This document shows, in pieces, positions 1 through 10,778 of a stretch of 64,000 nt of DNA. The first letter of the stretch is position 1. Every line of letters starts with the position of its first letter. Both the position numbers and the translations under genes were made by a program. The stretch covers positions 6,211 to 70,210 of the forward strand of contig JAHKKM010000001.1 of assembly GCA_020027645.1 (NCBI GenBank), in the 5' to 3' direction. The stretch comes from Pseudomonadota bacterium. GTDB taxonomy: Bacteria > Pseudomonadota > Gammaproteobacteria > Steroidobacterales > Woeseiaceae. Below the pieces are notes generated by a model that ran no database searches, was not told where the DNA came from, and was given only the letters and a program-made list of their open reading frames with translations.

Positions 1-195
1 TTGGGATCGGGATCTGGTCATGGTGTAAGCGTTATATTAAGTCATTCGTCTAAAATGCTGATTTAAATGCAACTTTATCAGGTAAAATCACGCGTTACAC
101 GCTCCCCGCCGCAGGCCTCCAGAGGCATGTTTCAGTGCACTGCTACAAGACCGGGTACGGGACGCCCTTTTGCCCGCGAAATCGCTTTTCCCTAA

Positions 196-1323
<1,128 letters not shown>

Positions 1324-1330
1324 GTCGACT

Positions 1331-2524
1331 ATGCCCGCTGACATCCTGGCGAGCATTAACGAGATTCCTGCGCACGAATGGAATGCGCTGGCAGGCAACC
1401 GGTGGCCATTTCTTCGCCACGAATTCCTTGCCACCGCCGAATCGAGTGGCAGTGTTTCACCGCTCACTGGCTGGCAACCGCGGCACCTTGTCATTCGAGA
1501 CCGGTACGGCAAAGCGCGTGCCGCCATGCCGCTTTACGAAAAGACTCATTCCTGGGGCGAATTTGTCTTCGATTGGGCCTGGGCCCAGGCGTACCACCGG
1601 GTTGGAATCGATTACTACCCCAAGCTGGTCTCGGCTGTTCCGTTTACACCGGCACCGTGTCGAAAGTTACTTCTGGCCGACATTGACGACACCGAAAGCG
1701 CCAGGGAACTGGTCGATACCGCACTGCAACTGGCAGCCGATCGGCATTGTTCATCACTGCATCTGCAATTCATCGACCCGCTGGAGGCGGATATTCTCGC
1801 GTCGTCAGGACTCATGCTGCGCAAGGACTGCCAGTTCCATTGGCATAATCGCGGCTACCGCAGCTTCGATGAGTTTCTTGCATCGTTCAGTTCCGCAAAG
1901 CGGCGCAAGGCACGGCAGGACCGACGATACGTTGTGGAACAGGGCATCAGCTTTCGCCGGTTGGACGGCAGTCAGGTCGACGCTGCGACGTGGGCATCCG
2001 TACACGAACTGATCAGCAGCACCTTTCGCCGGCATGGATCGATGCCGTATTTCAAACTTGCTTTTTTTGTTGAGCTGTCTCGGCAACTGCCGCAACAGAT
2101 ACTGCTGATCCTCGCCGAACGCGAACGAAAAATAATCGCCGCGGCCGTATTCTATGTCAGTGAAACCTCTCTTTATGGAAGGTACTGGGGCGCCGATGCG
2201 GACTACAACGCGCTGCATTTCGAAACTTGCTACTACCAAGGCATTGATTATTGCATTGAGCATGGAAAGCAGCATTTTGAGCCGGGGACACAAGGCGAGC
2301 ACAAGATCAGCAGGGGCTTTCTCCCGGTAACTACCTGGTCGGCCCACTGGCTGGCCCACAAGGAATTTGCCGAGGCAATCAGCCTATATCTCGACGACGA
2401 ACAACGGCATATCGAGCGTTACATGGCGCTGGTCGACGATCACAGCCCGTATCGCGATGATTCGAACGTTGGTTCGCAGAATCAATCGCACAACAGACCG
2501 CTGCTTGAATCGGGAGGCAAGTGA
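1331..2524 (+). CDS. FemAB-like / DUF482 family protein (GNAT-fold; often annotated as peptidoglycan biosynthesis/recognition protein), function unknown
   Basis: The in-frame ATG at 1331 lies 8 nt after the trxB stop. The part of ORF 1145..2524 upstream of it overlaps trxB. Family-typical stretches: WNAL..PFLRHEFL..E.SG, PLYEKTHSWGEFVFDWAWAQAYHRVGIDYYPKL, PFTP. Assigned from memory of the family, not from a search. Confidence 0.75.
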   Translation: MPADILASINEIPAHEWNALAGNRWPFLRHEFLATAESSGSVSPLTGWQPRHLVIRDRYGKARAAMPLYEKTHSWGEFVFDWAWAQAYHRVGIDYYPKLVSAVPFTPAPCRKLLLADIDDTESARELVDTALQLAADRHCSSLHLQFIDPLEADILASSGLMLRKDCQFHWHNRGYRSFDEFLASFSSAKRRKARQDRRYVVEQGISFRRLDGSQVDAATWASVHELISSTFRRHGSMPYFKLAFFVELSRQLPQQILLILAERERKIIAAAVFYVSETSLYGRYWGADADYNALHFETCYYQGIDYCIEHGKQHFEPGTQGEHKISRGFLPVTTWSAHWLAHKEFAEAISLYLDDEQRHIERYMALVDDHSPYRDDSNVGSQNQSHNRPLLESGGK

Positions 2525-2528
2525 GTCT

Positions 2529-3248
2529 TTGCGTATCTGCTGGCTGCAAAGCAATGATCCACCGGATGCGTTTCCGCCGGTCGAGCAGGCCCTGGTCGAA
2601 CCCAATGGTTTGCTCGCGGCCGGCGGTGACCTGTCACCCGAGAGAATTCTTTGCGCATACCGGGCAGGCATCTTTCCCTGGTTCGAATCAGGACAACCGA
2701 TCCTGTGGTGGTCGCCGGATCCACGTTGTGTCCTGCGTCCCGAACGATTCCATGTCGCGGCCAGCCTGCGACGCAGCGCGCGATCGGCCGGTTTCGAGCT
2801 GACTTTTAATCGCGCCTGCGCCGACGTCATCGATGCCTGCGCGGAGCGTCGCAGCGGCCAAACAGGCACCTGGATCACGAACGAGATGAAGCAGGCTTAC
2901 AAAGGACTGCACGCGAACGGATGGGTGCACTCAGTCGAGGTATGGCAAGGCGAGACTCTGGCCGGCGGCATATACGGGCTGGCGTCCGGCGTGGCGTTTT
3001 TCGGAGAATCCATGTTCAGCCGCGTCTCGGACGCATCCAAAATCGCCATGATGGCGTTGTGCCACGTTCTTGCACGTCAGTCTTTCGTTTTGCTGGACTG
3101 TCAGGTCGCCTCGCCACATCTGATGACGCTCGGCGCGGAACTCATGAAGCGAACCGAATTCTCGCGCCTGCTCAGCGAAGTGAACCAGTCTCCGGATCCC
3201 GCCAAGTTCTGGCCGGAGGCACGCCGGGCCGCTACCGAGTTCCTTTAG
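2529..3248 (+). CDS. aat: leucyl/phenylalanyl-tRNA--protein transferase
   Basis: Collinear with E. coli Aat: [54 protein letters not shown]...FFGESMFS. Homology begins near the TTG at 2529 (LRICWLQS...), 5 nt after the upstream stop. The exact start is uncertain. Confidence 0.85.
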   Translation: MRICWLQSNDPPDAFPPVEQALVEPNGLLAAGGDLSPERILCAYRAGIFPWFESGQPILWWSPDPRCVLRPERFHVAASLRRSARSAGFELTFNRACADVIDACAERRSGQTGTWITNEMKQAYKGLHANGWVHSVEVWQGETLAGGIYGLASGVAFFGESMFSRVSDASKIAMMALCHVLARQSFVLLDCQVASPHLMTLGAELMKRTEFSRLLSEVNQSPDPAKFWPEARRAATEFL

Positions 3249-3265
3249 ACCGCTCGAATGCCGCA

Positions 3266-3294
3266 TTGCAAGTATCCGTTCGTTTCTGCACAAT
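3266..3294 (+). promoter_or_regulatory. putative sigma70 promoter for infA
   Basis: TTGCAA (3266-3271), a 17-nt spacer, then CACAAT (3289-3294), about 35 nt upstream of the infA start. Motif match only. Confidence 0.3.
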
Positions 3295-3327
3295 TCGCGG
3301 GCCCCGGCAACCAGAGAACCCCGTAAA

Positions 3328-3546
3328 TTGGCCAAAGAAGATGCCCTTCAGATGGAAGGCGTGGTGACCGAAACCTTGCCAAACACGACTTTTCGTGTGC
3401 AGCTTGAGAACGGTCACATCGTGACTGCGCACATCTCGGGGAAGATGCGCAAGAATTACATCCGAATACTCACCGGTGACAAGGTTACCGTAGAGCTGAC
3501 GCCGTACGACCTGACCAAAGGTCGAATCACCTATCGCGGACGCTGA
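3328..3546 (+). CDS. infA: translation initiation factor IF-1
   Basis: 72 aa, near-identical in pattern to E. coli IF1 (MAKED...[38 protein letters not shown]). The start codon in the sequence is TTG. Confidence 0.97.
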   Translation: MAKEDALQMEGVVTETLPNTTFRVQLENGHIVTAHISGKMRKNYIRILTGDKVTVELTPYDLTKGRITYRGR

Positions 3547-3556
3547 CAGGCGACCC

Positions 3557-5272
3557 TTATTCCTGCGGCAGATGCTGCAGTTCTCGCAGTGTCTTCTCCG
3601 CTTTCAATTCCAGATTTCCGTCTGCTCCGACGCCGATGCAGACGTGCCCTCCTTCGGCCAGACTGCCAAAAAGCAGCTCTTCGGCCAGCGGACGCTTGAT
3701 CTGCTCCTGAATGATTCGGGCCATCGGGCGAGCGCCCATCTGCGGATCGTAACCTCGCTCGGCAATCCACGTCCTCGCTTCGTTGGTCAATTCCAGCGTG
3801 ACATCGCTCGAACCCAGCTTTGCTTCCAGTTCGACAACCAGTTTGTCGACAACCCGGGCAATTGAACGCGCATCCAGCGACGAAAACTGGATGATGGCAT
3901 CGAGACGATTGCGAAATTCCGGCGTAAACGATTTCTTGATAATCGCCATGCCATCGCTGCTGTGGTCCTGGTGAGTGAAGCCGATTGATGCGCGGCTCAT
4001 CTCCTGGGCTCCGGCATTGGTCGTCATGACCAGCACGATATTGCGAAAATCTGCTTCGCGACCGTTGTTATCCGTCAGCGTTCCATGGTCCATTACCTGC
4101 AACAGCAAGTTAAACACTTCCGGGTGTGCTTTTTCGATTTCGTCCAGCAAAACGACGGCGTGCGGATGCTTCAGCACTGCCTCGGTCAGCAAACCGCCCT
4201 GGTCAAAGCCGACATAACCTGGAGGGGCGCCGATCAATCTCGATACGGTATGCCTCTCCATATATTCCGACATGTCGAAGCGAATAAGCTCAACGCCCAT
4301 GATCAACGCAAGCTGTCGCGTAACCTCGGTTTTTCCCACCCCAGTGGGACCGGCAAACAGGAACGAGCCTATCGGTTTCTCTTCGTCGGTCAGGCCTGAG
4401 CGTGACATCTTGATCGCCGAGCTCAGCGCAGCGATGGCCGGGTCCTGGCCAAAAATCGTCAGTTTCAGATTCCGCTCGAGGTTGCGCAAAACATCCTTGT
4501 CGGAAGACGAAACACTCTTTGGCGGTATTCGCGCCATTTTTGCCACTATGTTTTCGACCATAGTCACCGTAACGACTTCTTCACGTTCAGACTCCGGTCT
4601 GAGACGCAAATTTGCGCCCGCCTCGTCAATCACATCGATGGCTTTGTCCGGCAGCTTTCTGTCGTTAATGTGCTTCGCGGCAAGTTCCGCTGCGGCAACG
4701 AGCGCTTTCGGCTCGTAGCGAATTCCGTGGTGTTCCTCGAAGCGTGATTTTAGGCCCCGCAGAATCTCGACTGTTTCCTCGACGCTCGGTTCCGGCACAT
4801 CGATCTTCTGGAATCGACGCGCAAGTGCATGATCTTTTTCGAATACACCGCGGTATTCAGTGTAGGTCGTCGATCCGATGCAACGGATTTCTCCATTCGC
4901 CAGTACCGGCTTGATCAGGTTTGAGGCATCAATGACCCCACCGGACGCAGCGCCGGCGCCGATAACAGTATGTATCTCGTCGATAAAGAGAATTGCGCCC
5001 GGGTTCTTGCGGACTTCGGCGATGACCGCTTTAAGCCGTTTCTCGAAATCGCCGCGGTACTTGGTTCCGGCGATCAGCGAACCCATGTCCAGCGCATAGA
5101 TGGTGCTGTCCCGCAGTACATCGGGCACGCGTTCCTCTGTTATCAGACGTGCCAGGCCTTCGGCCAATGCGGTTTTGCCAACCCCGGCGTCGCCGACATA
5201 TAGGGGGTTGTTCTTGCGTCGCCGGCACAGTATCTGAATGGTTCTCTCGATCTCCAGGTCGCGGCCGATCAA
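3557..5272 (-). CDS. clpA: ClpA AAA+ chaperone, D1-D2 portion (reading frame begins at the conserved IDPLIGR; gene disrupted or frameshifted relative to its N-domain)
   Basis: 571-aa ORF collinear with E. coli ClpA from about residue 185 to the C-terminus. Walker A motifs GDAGVGKT and GPTGVGKT are present, as are MGARPMAR and other conserved blocks. It has no canonical N-domain in frame. Confidence 0.85.
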   Translation of the reverse strand: MIGRDLEIERTIQILCRRRKNNPLYVGDAGVGKTALAEGLARLITEERVPDVLRDSTIYALDMGSLIAGTKYRGDFEKRLKAVIAEVRKNPGAILFIDEIHTVIGAGAASGGVIDASNLIKPVLANGEIRCIGSTTYTEYRGVFEKDHALARRFQKIDVPEPSVEETVEILRGLKSRFEEHHGIRYEPKALVAAAELAAKHINDRKLPDKAIDVIDEAGANLRLRPESEREEVVTVTMVENIVAKMARIPPKSVSSSDKDVLRNLERNLKLTIFGQDPAIAALSSAIKMSRSGLTDEEKPIGSFLFAGPTGVGKTEVTRQLALIMGVELIRFDMSEYMERHTVSRLIGAPPGYVGFDQGGLLTEAVLKHPHAVVLLDEIEKAHPEVFNLLLQVMDHGTLTDNNGREADFRNIVLVMTTNAGAQEMSRASIGFTHQDHSSDGMAIIKKSFTPEFRNRLDAIIQFSSLDARSIARVVDKLVVELEAKLGSSDVTLELTNEARTWIAERGYDPQMGARPMARIIQEQIKRPLAEELLFGSLAEGGHVCIGVGADGNLELKAEKTLRELQHLPQE

Positions 5273-5571
5273 GGGGTCGATTTTTCCGGCAATTGAAAGA
5301 CAGCCCGTTGCAGCACGCGCTGAAACCCCAGTGTCGGTTGAACTTCGGTCTCCTCCTCGGGCGAAACCAGCGGAGTTGCCTCTTCGATAAAATCAGTCAA
5401 TTGACGTCGCAGCTGTCCGACATTGGTGTTACAGGCCTTGAGGATCTCGTGCACCTTTGGAATATCGAGCAGGGCCAGCAACAGATGCTCCACCGTCATG
5501 AATTCATGGCGCTTGTCGCGGGCGTTCTGAAACGCCTCGTTAAGACAAAATTCTAGTTCGCTGCTCAACAT
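5269..5571 (-). pseudogene. clpA: ClpA N-domain fragment (first repeat only), out of frame with the D1-D2 ORF
   Basis: 100-aa ORF. Residues 1-93 are collinear with E. coli ClpA 1-93 (HEFMTVEHLLLALL, QPTLGFQRVLQRAVF). It then ends at a TGA (5271..5269) that overlaps the TTG heading the D1-D2 frame. Confidence 0.75.
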
Positions 5572-5614
5572 ATCTGGCTATTCACTGTTTGTCCGTCCTG
5601 AAGACGATCGCCGC

Positions 5615-5944
5615 TCATGCTTCTTCCATCGTACACAACAACGGATGTTGCTGCTGCTGTGCAATGCTTGAGACCTGTGCCACCTTGGTTTCCGCAATAT
5701 CGTAGCTGTATACACCGCACACGCCTTTGCCCTTGGTATGCACCTCCAGCATTACTCGTGTCGCCCGGGTGCGCTCCATACCGAAGATACTCTGCAAAAC
5801 CTCCACCACGAATTCCATCGGCGTAAAATCATCGTTGATCAAGACCACCCGGTACAGCGACGGGCGCTTGACCTTGGGTCGCGCTTCCTCGAGCGCGAGG
5901 TCGTGGTCGTCAGAGCGGCCTTTTTGCGGGTCTCTTTGGCTCAT
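5615..5944 (-). CDS. clpS: ATP-dependent Clp protease adaptor ClpS
   Basis: 109 aa with the ClpS core: [24 protein letters not shown]...A..VML.VH..G...CG. It lies immediately upstream of clpA, as in other Gammaproteobacteria. Confidence 0.95.
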   Translation of the reverse strand: MSQRDPQKGRSDDHDLALEEARPKVKRPSLYRVVLINDDFTPMEFVVEVLQSIFGMERTRATRVMLEVHTKGKGVCGVYSYDIAETKVAQVSSIAQQQQHPLLCTMEEA

Positions 5945-6261
5945 CGGTCAGTCATTCCAATATCACAACCCCCGTGGCGCGAAGGCATGAGCAAGTACGA
6001 AGCGATTATATATGGGGGCCCGCAACCGATCTCCAAGTCTGGTTCGCAGTTTTTGCAGCCGTGCCGCACGCGCTTTGGCCACGGCATTATGAAAAGCATT
6101 AAATATTTGCGGTATATACTTGCTATATATAGGTTTTTTTGTTGAGGTGCACTTGTTTGCAGGTGCTGCGAAACCTTATCATCGGCAGGCCGCGTTAGTA
6201 TCTGGCATCGGCGGGCGAAACGGCCTTTGCCCCGAATGCAAAAAAAGACAAGCTGAGGCAC

Positions 6262-7194
6262 ATGGCAATCGACGCAAAATGGTCGGATTTCAGTAACTTG
6301 GATGGCATGCAGCTCATCAATGCAGCCAACCGGATACTGCCAAAATGGATCACCCTGTTGCTGGTGGTGGCGATTGCCTGGAAGCTCGCCCAGATCATCT
6401 GGATGCTGGTGCCAGGCTCGGCCGGCAGCGACCTGCTCTATCAGGCACCGACGCAGGCCAACGAGCCGGCGAATCGGGCAGTTCCGACAGCAGCCAACGT
6501 GCAGGCAATCGCCGGGTCGCATCTGTTTGGCGAAGCGGCGCCGGACGCGGCGCCCCCGCCACCCCCCGACCCGGCCGAAAATCTCGCAGAGACACGTTTG
6601 AGCCTGTCCCTGAAGGGCACGATTGCTGCCAGCGACCAACGCGATTCGGTTGCGATCATCGCCGATCAAAGCAACGAAGATAAGGTGTACGTGGTCGGCG
6701 ACTCCATTATGTCGGGCACCTCGCTGCATGCTGTGTACAGGGACCGCGTGGTTCTCAACGAAGGCGGCGTGCTCAAAGAACTGAACCTGCCGCGCGACTT
6801 TCCGACAAGCACACAACCGGCTCGACGCAATGTGGCGACCACCACGCGAACGTCCGACTCCGAGGACGCTGATAGTATTCAGAACGTCGTCGCACAGAAT
6901 GTGACCAAACTCGCCGACGTGATCCGGCCGACACCGTATTTTGTTGCCGGCCAACAGCAGGGTTACCGTGTTTATCCCGGGCGAGACCGAAAACAATTTG
7001 CAGCGCTGGGGCTGCGGCCGGGTGATCTGATCAAGGACATCGACGGCGCTGCCCTGACCGATCCGCAGCAGGCAATGCAGATATTTCAAAACCTCGGCAG
7101 CGCGGATCAGGTATCTGTCACTGTCGAAAGAAATGGACAACCTGAGGTACTGGTTCTGAAAACCAGCCAACTGAGCCTGGAAGAGACCGAGTGA
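6262..7194 (+). CDS. gspC: type II secretion system protein GspC
   Basis: N-terminal TM segment (ITLLLVVAIAWKLAQIIWML), a proline-rich linker and a C-terminal PDZ-like segment (GYRVYPGRDRKQFAALGLRPGDLIKDIDGAAL). Directly precedes gspD. Confidence 0.8.
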   Translation: MAIDAKWSDFSNLDGMQLINAANRILPKWITLLLVVAIAWKLAQIIWMLVPGSAGSDLLYQAPTQANEPANRAVPTAANVQAIAGSHLFGEAAPDAAPPPPPDPAENLAETRLSLSLKGTIAASDQRDSVAIIADQSNEDKVYVVGDSIMSGTSLHAVYRDRVVLNEGGVLKELNLPRDFPTSTQPARRNVATTTRTSDSEDADSIQNVVAQNVTKLADVIRPTPYFVAGQQQGYRVYPGRDRKQFAALGLRPGDLIKDIDGAALTDPQQAMQIFQNLGSADQVSVTVERNGQPEVLVLKTSQLSLEETE

Positions 7195-9218
7195 TTATCG
7201 AAGTGCGAAATTCGCAGGCAAGCTATCCTCACAGCGGGACTCTTCGATGTCTTGCCATCGTCCTGTTATGCCTGGCAAGCATCTCACTGGCGCAGCAACC
7301 TACTATTACACCGAATTACAAAGACGCCGACATTCGCAAGATTGTCGAGGCCGTCGGCGCGGTCACCGGAAAAAACTTCATTCTCGATCCACGAGTCAAC
7401 GCAAAAGTCACGATGTTGTCGTCGACCGAAATGTCGCCGGATGCGTTTTACGAGGCATTCCTGTCCATACTCGAAGTTCACGGTTACGTTGCGATTACGA
7501 CAGGTGACGTCATCAAGATATTGCCGGATGCGAGCGCAAGGCAGTATCCGGGTTACCTGTCGACCGATGGTGCCGGTGCCGACGATATCGTTACCCAGGT
7601 CATACAGGTGCAAAACGTCGGTGCAGCACAGCTGGTTCCTATTTTGCGGCCGCTGATACCGCAATACGGGCATCTGGCGGCACATAACGGATCCAACATG
7701 CTGATCATTTCCGACCGTGCGCACAACGTCGATCGCATGGTTGCGATTATTCGCCGCATCGATCTGTCGAACGACGAGGACATCGAAGTCGTGCCACTGC
7801 AGCATGCATCGGCCGCCGAGGTCGTGCGGGTGCTTACGGCATTGACCCAGGCACCCCGTGCGGACGGCATTCCGATTACGATCAGCCTGGTGTCCGATGC
7901 ACGTACCAACAGTGTCCTTATCGGCGGCGAGCGCAGCCAGCGACTGCGCCTGCGCGCGCTGATCGCGCATCTTGACACGCCGCTGCAGGATGGCGGCGAT
8001 ACCCAGGTACGTTACTTGCGTTATGCAGATGCCGAGGAACTGGCGACCAAGTTGCAAACGCATTTCACGCAACAGGCGACCGCGGGTGCCGCCGCCACAA
8101 CCGGGGCTTCCGAGCAGGTCAGCGTCTGGGCCGACACCCAGACCAACGCGATCGTCGTCAATGCGCCGCCGAAAATGATGCGCTCATTGATGGGAATCGT
8201 GGATAAGCTCGATATCCGGCGTGCCCAGGTACTCGTCGAAGCCATTATTGTCGAAGTTATTGCGGGCAAGAGCGCGGACCTCGGTGTGACCTGGGCGGTG
8301 GATGGCAGCGGCGACAATGCGGCGGTTGGCGTTACCAATTTTCCGCCGGAGCCTGGAGTTGTGGGTCTGGCCGGGGCCCTCAGCGGCACCGGTGACGACG
8401 TCATCGACCCCACCTCTCTGATCGGTGCCGGCATCACGCTCGGGGTCGGGCGCATAGCCGATACAGGAACGAATTTTGCCGCAATCCTGCGCGCGCTCCA
8501 GGGTGACGCCGACACCAATATCATTTCCACCCCGACCATCGTTACGACGGACAACGAAGAAGCAAGCCTGAATGTCGGCCAGGAAGTGCCGTTCGTTACG
8601 GGCTCGTATTCCAATACCGGAGGCGGCGCCGGCGGTGCCGTCAATCCGTTTCAGACGGTTGACCGCCAGCAGGTCGGTGTGAAACTGGTGATCACACCGC
8701 AGATCAATGAAGGCGATTCGTTGTTGTTGAAGATTTCTCAGGAGATTTCCAACATCGCGCAGTCTTCCGAAGGTGCAGTCGACCTTATTACCAACCAGCG
8801 CATCATCGAAACTACCGTTATCGTCGAGGACGGTGCCATCCTCGTGCTGGGTGGCCTGCTCGAGGACACACTGCGCGAGAGCGACCAGCGTGTACCGATC
8901 CTTGGCAGCATTCCGTTGCTCGGTGCCTTGTTCCGCAGCCGTACCACCGACAAGGTCAAGACCAACCTGATGGTCTTCATCCGGGCGAAGATTCTGCGTG
9001 ACGATATGCAGATGGCATTCGAGACCAACGCCAAGTACAACTACATTCGCGATGTGCAGCAACAGGGCCGTGGTGGCAAGGGCGGACGTGTGGCGATCAT
9101 GCCGGGTGAAGCCCGGCCGATACTTCCACCGCTCGAATCCTACGAACAGCCGACAGGACCGGTCATCGACCTGCGCCTTCCCGAGGAAACCGAGCCCACC
9201 GACGACGCGGAGCAATAG
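7191..9218 (+). CDS. gspD: type II secretion system secretin GspD
   Basis: Signal peptide, an N0 domain (YKDADIRKIVEAVGAVTGKNFILDPRV) and a secretin core (NIISTPTIVTTDNEEASLNVGQEVPF, VPILGSIPLLGALFRS). The GTG start overlaps the gspC stop (GTGA). Confidence 0.93.
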   Translation: MIIEVRNSQASYPHSGTLRCLAIVLLCLASISLAQQPTITPNYKDADIRKIVEAVGAVTGKNFILDPRVNAKVTMLSSTEMSPDAFYEAFLSILEVHGYVAITTGDVIKILPDASARQYPGYLSTDGAGADDIVTQVIQVQNVGAAQLVPILRPLIPQYGHLAAHNGSNMLIISDRAHNVDRMVAIIRRIDLSNDEDIEVVPLQHASAAEVVRVLTALTQAPRADGIPITISLVSDARTNSVLIGGERSQRLRLRALIAHLDTPLQDGGDTQVRYLRYADAEELATKLQTHFTQQATAGAAATTGASEQVSVWADTQTNAIVVNAPPKMMRSLMGIVDKLDIRRAQVLVEAIIVEVIAGKSADLGVTWAVDGSGDNAAVGVTNFPPEPGVVGLAGALSGTGDDVIDPTSLIGAGITLGVGRIADTGTNFAAILRALQGDADTNIISTPTIVTTDNEEASLNVGQEVPFVTGSYSNTGGGAGGAVNPFQTVDRQQVGVKLVITPQINEGDSLLLKISQEISNIAQSSEGAVDLITNQRIIETTVIVEDGAILVLGGLLEDTLRESDQRVPILGSIPLLGALFRSRTTDKVKTNLMVFIRAKILRDDMQMAFETNAKYNYIRDVQQQGRGGKGGRVAIMPGEARPILPPLESYEQPTGPVIDLRLPEETEPTDDAEQ

Positions 9219-9232
9219 GCAGCAGCGTATCC

Positions 9233-10756
9233 ATGGATTTACCTGCTGAAATCGTGCTTGAGACCGAGCAACCGAACCGTACCGACGGGCAAACGGCGGT
9301 GCGCACCTTGCCGTTTTCTTTTGCCAAGCGACACGGCGTACTGATCCGGGACATTTCCGATGGTCGGGCCGACACCGTTTATCGTACCGGCGCTTCTCCG
9401 CTGAGTCTCGCCGAGGCACGACGTTTTGCCGGCGTCCCTTTGCAATTGACACGTGTGTCCGCGGAGGCGTTCGACGCAATTTTGCAGCAGTGTTATGAGC
9501 AGGGATCGAACAAGGCCATGCACATGGCTGGTGATTTCGAGGGCCAGACCGATCTGCTGCAGGTTGCGCAGGATCTGCCGGAACCTTCAGACCTTCTGGA
9601 AAGCGACGACGATGCCCCAATCATCCGATTTATCAATGCTGTACTGACCGAGGCGGTCAAGGACAACGCATCCGACATTCACATCGAGCCGTACGAAAAC
9701 CGGCTGGTGGTACGCTTTCGTATCGACGGCGTGCTGCAGGAAGTTTTGCAGACCCGCCGTGCTGTCGCTCCGCTGATCGTCTCGCGCATCAAGGTCATGT
9801 CGAAGCTCGACATTGCGGAGAAACGCTTGCCGCAGGATGGCAGAATCTCATTGAGGATTGCCGGGCGCGCAGTCGACGTGCGTGTGTCGACCATGCCATC
9901 GGGACACGGTGAAAGAGTCGTGTTACGCCTGCTGGATAAGCAGGCCGGCAGGCTGGATCTGACGTCGCTTGGTATGGATGACAAGTCGCGGGCAGTCATG
10001 GACGACCTGATTCACAAACCGCACGGGATCATTCTCGTGACCGGGCCGACCGGCTCGGGAAAAACCACAACGCTGTATGCATCACTGGAGCGCATCAACG
10101 ACAACAGCCGCAATATCATGACTGTTGAGGACCCGATCGAATATTTCATTGATGGCATCGGCCAATCGCAGGTCAACACCAAAGTGGAGATGACCTTCGC
10201 ACGTGGACTGCGCGCAATCCTGCGCCAGGACCCTGACGTGGTCATGGTGGGCGAAATTCGAGACCTAGAAACTGCGGAGATTGCGGTGCAGGCGAGTCTC
10301 ACCGGCCACCTGGTCATGTCTACCTTGCACACCAATACGGCCGCCGGTGCTGTCACGCGACTGCGCGATATGGGTGTGGAACCGTTCCTGCTGTCGTCCA
10401 GCCTGATCGGCGTGCTTGCACAGCGCCTTGTTCGCGTACTGGATGACGAGACCAAAGTCGCGTACACGGCACGCGAATACGAATGCCGCACGCTGAAGAT
10501 GAGCCCGGAGAATCCACCTACCCTGTACCGACCTGGCCTCGAGGACGGCAACGGCTACCGTGGCCGCACTGGCATCTACGAACTGATTGCTGTCGATGAC
10601 AAAATGCGCACCATGATTCACGATGGCGTCAGCGAACAGGAACTGGAAAGGTATGCCCGGACCCGGGGACCGAGCATTCGCGACGACGGAAATCGTCGCG
10701 TACTTGCCGGGACCACCACGCTCGAAGAGGTACTGCGTGTCACGCGCGCCGACTAG
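9233..10756 (+). CDS. gspE: type II secretion system ATPase GspE
   Basis: Walker A GPTGSGKTTTLY, GspE-type blocks ASDIHIEP, MVGEIRD.ETA and the His box LTGHLV.STLHTN. Confidence 0.95.
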   Translation: MDLPAEIVLETEQPNRTDGQTAVRTLPFSFAKRHGVLIRDISDGRADTVYRTGASPLSLAEARRFAGVPLQLTRVSAEAFDAILQQCYEQGSNKAMHMAGDFEGQTDLLQVAQDLPEPSDLLESDDDAPIIRFINAVLTEAVKDNASDIHIEPYENRLVVRFRIDGVLQEVLQTRRAVAPLIVSRIKVMSKLDIAEKRLPQDGRISLRIAGRAVDVRVSTMPSGHGERVVLRLLDKQAGRLDLTSLGMDDKSRAVMDDLIHKPHGIILVTGPTGSGKTTTLYASLERINDNSRNIMTVEDPIEYFIDGIGQSQVNTKVEMTFARGLRAILRQDPDVVMVGEIRDLETAEIAVQASLTGHLVMSTLHTNTAAGAVTRLRDMGVEPFLLSSSLIGVLAQRLVRVLDDETKVAYTAREYECRTLKMSPENPPTLYRPGLEDGNGYRGRTGIYELIAVDDKMRTMIHDGVSEQELERYARTRGPSIRDDGNRRVLAGTTTLEEVLRVTRAD

Positions 10757-10778
10757 GCGAGCGCACTGAGGCAAGGCA

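Noticed and set aside
1-21. Possible leftward gene starting at a minus-strand ATG (21..19) and running off the window.
   Set aside because: Only 7 codons are visible, so it cannot be supported.
5269-5290. Programmed -1 ribosomal frameshift at the GAAAAAU run joining the two clpA frames.
   Set aside because: Only a single-tRNA slip is possible, because the sequence is not an X XXY YYZ heptamer. I see no downstream stimulatory structure. Even a frameshifted product would lack about 87 conserved residues. A mutation or homopolymer sequencing error is the simpler explanation.
5945-6261. Expected cspD or another gene in the 317-nt clpS-gspC spacer, including a 52-codon ORF starting at the ATG at 5987 (MSKYEAIIYGG...).
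   Set aside because: There is no cold-shock-domain sequence. The small ORF has no properly spaced SD and an implausible composition. The AT-rich core (about 6095-6140) looks like divergent promoter DNA.
5941-7170. Long ORFs antisense to or overlapping confident genes: 520..1527(-), 5941..7170(-), 7284..8072(-), 8184..9620(-), 14201..15427(+), 20949..21728(-), 39448..40887(+), 45009..45842(-), 48551..49687(+), 54409..55290(+), 57380..58420(+), 62459..63406(+).
   Set aside because: Each lies opposite or out of frame to a gene with unambiguous family motifs. Their translations are Arg/Pro/Gly/Ala-rich with no recognisable motifs, and I saw no convincing SD sequences. This is the usual artefact of GC-rich DNA, where stop codons are rare on the antisense strand.
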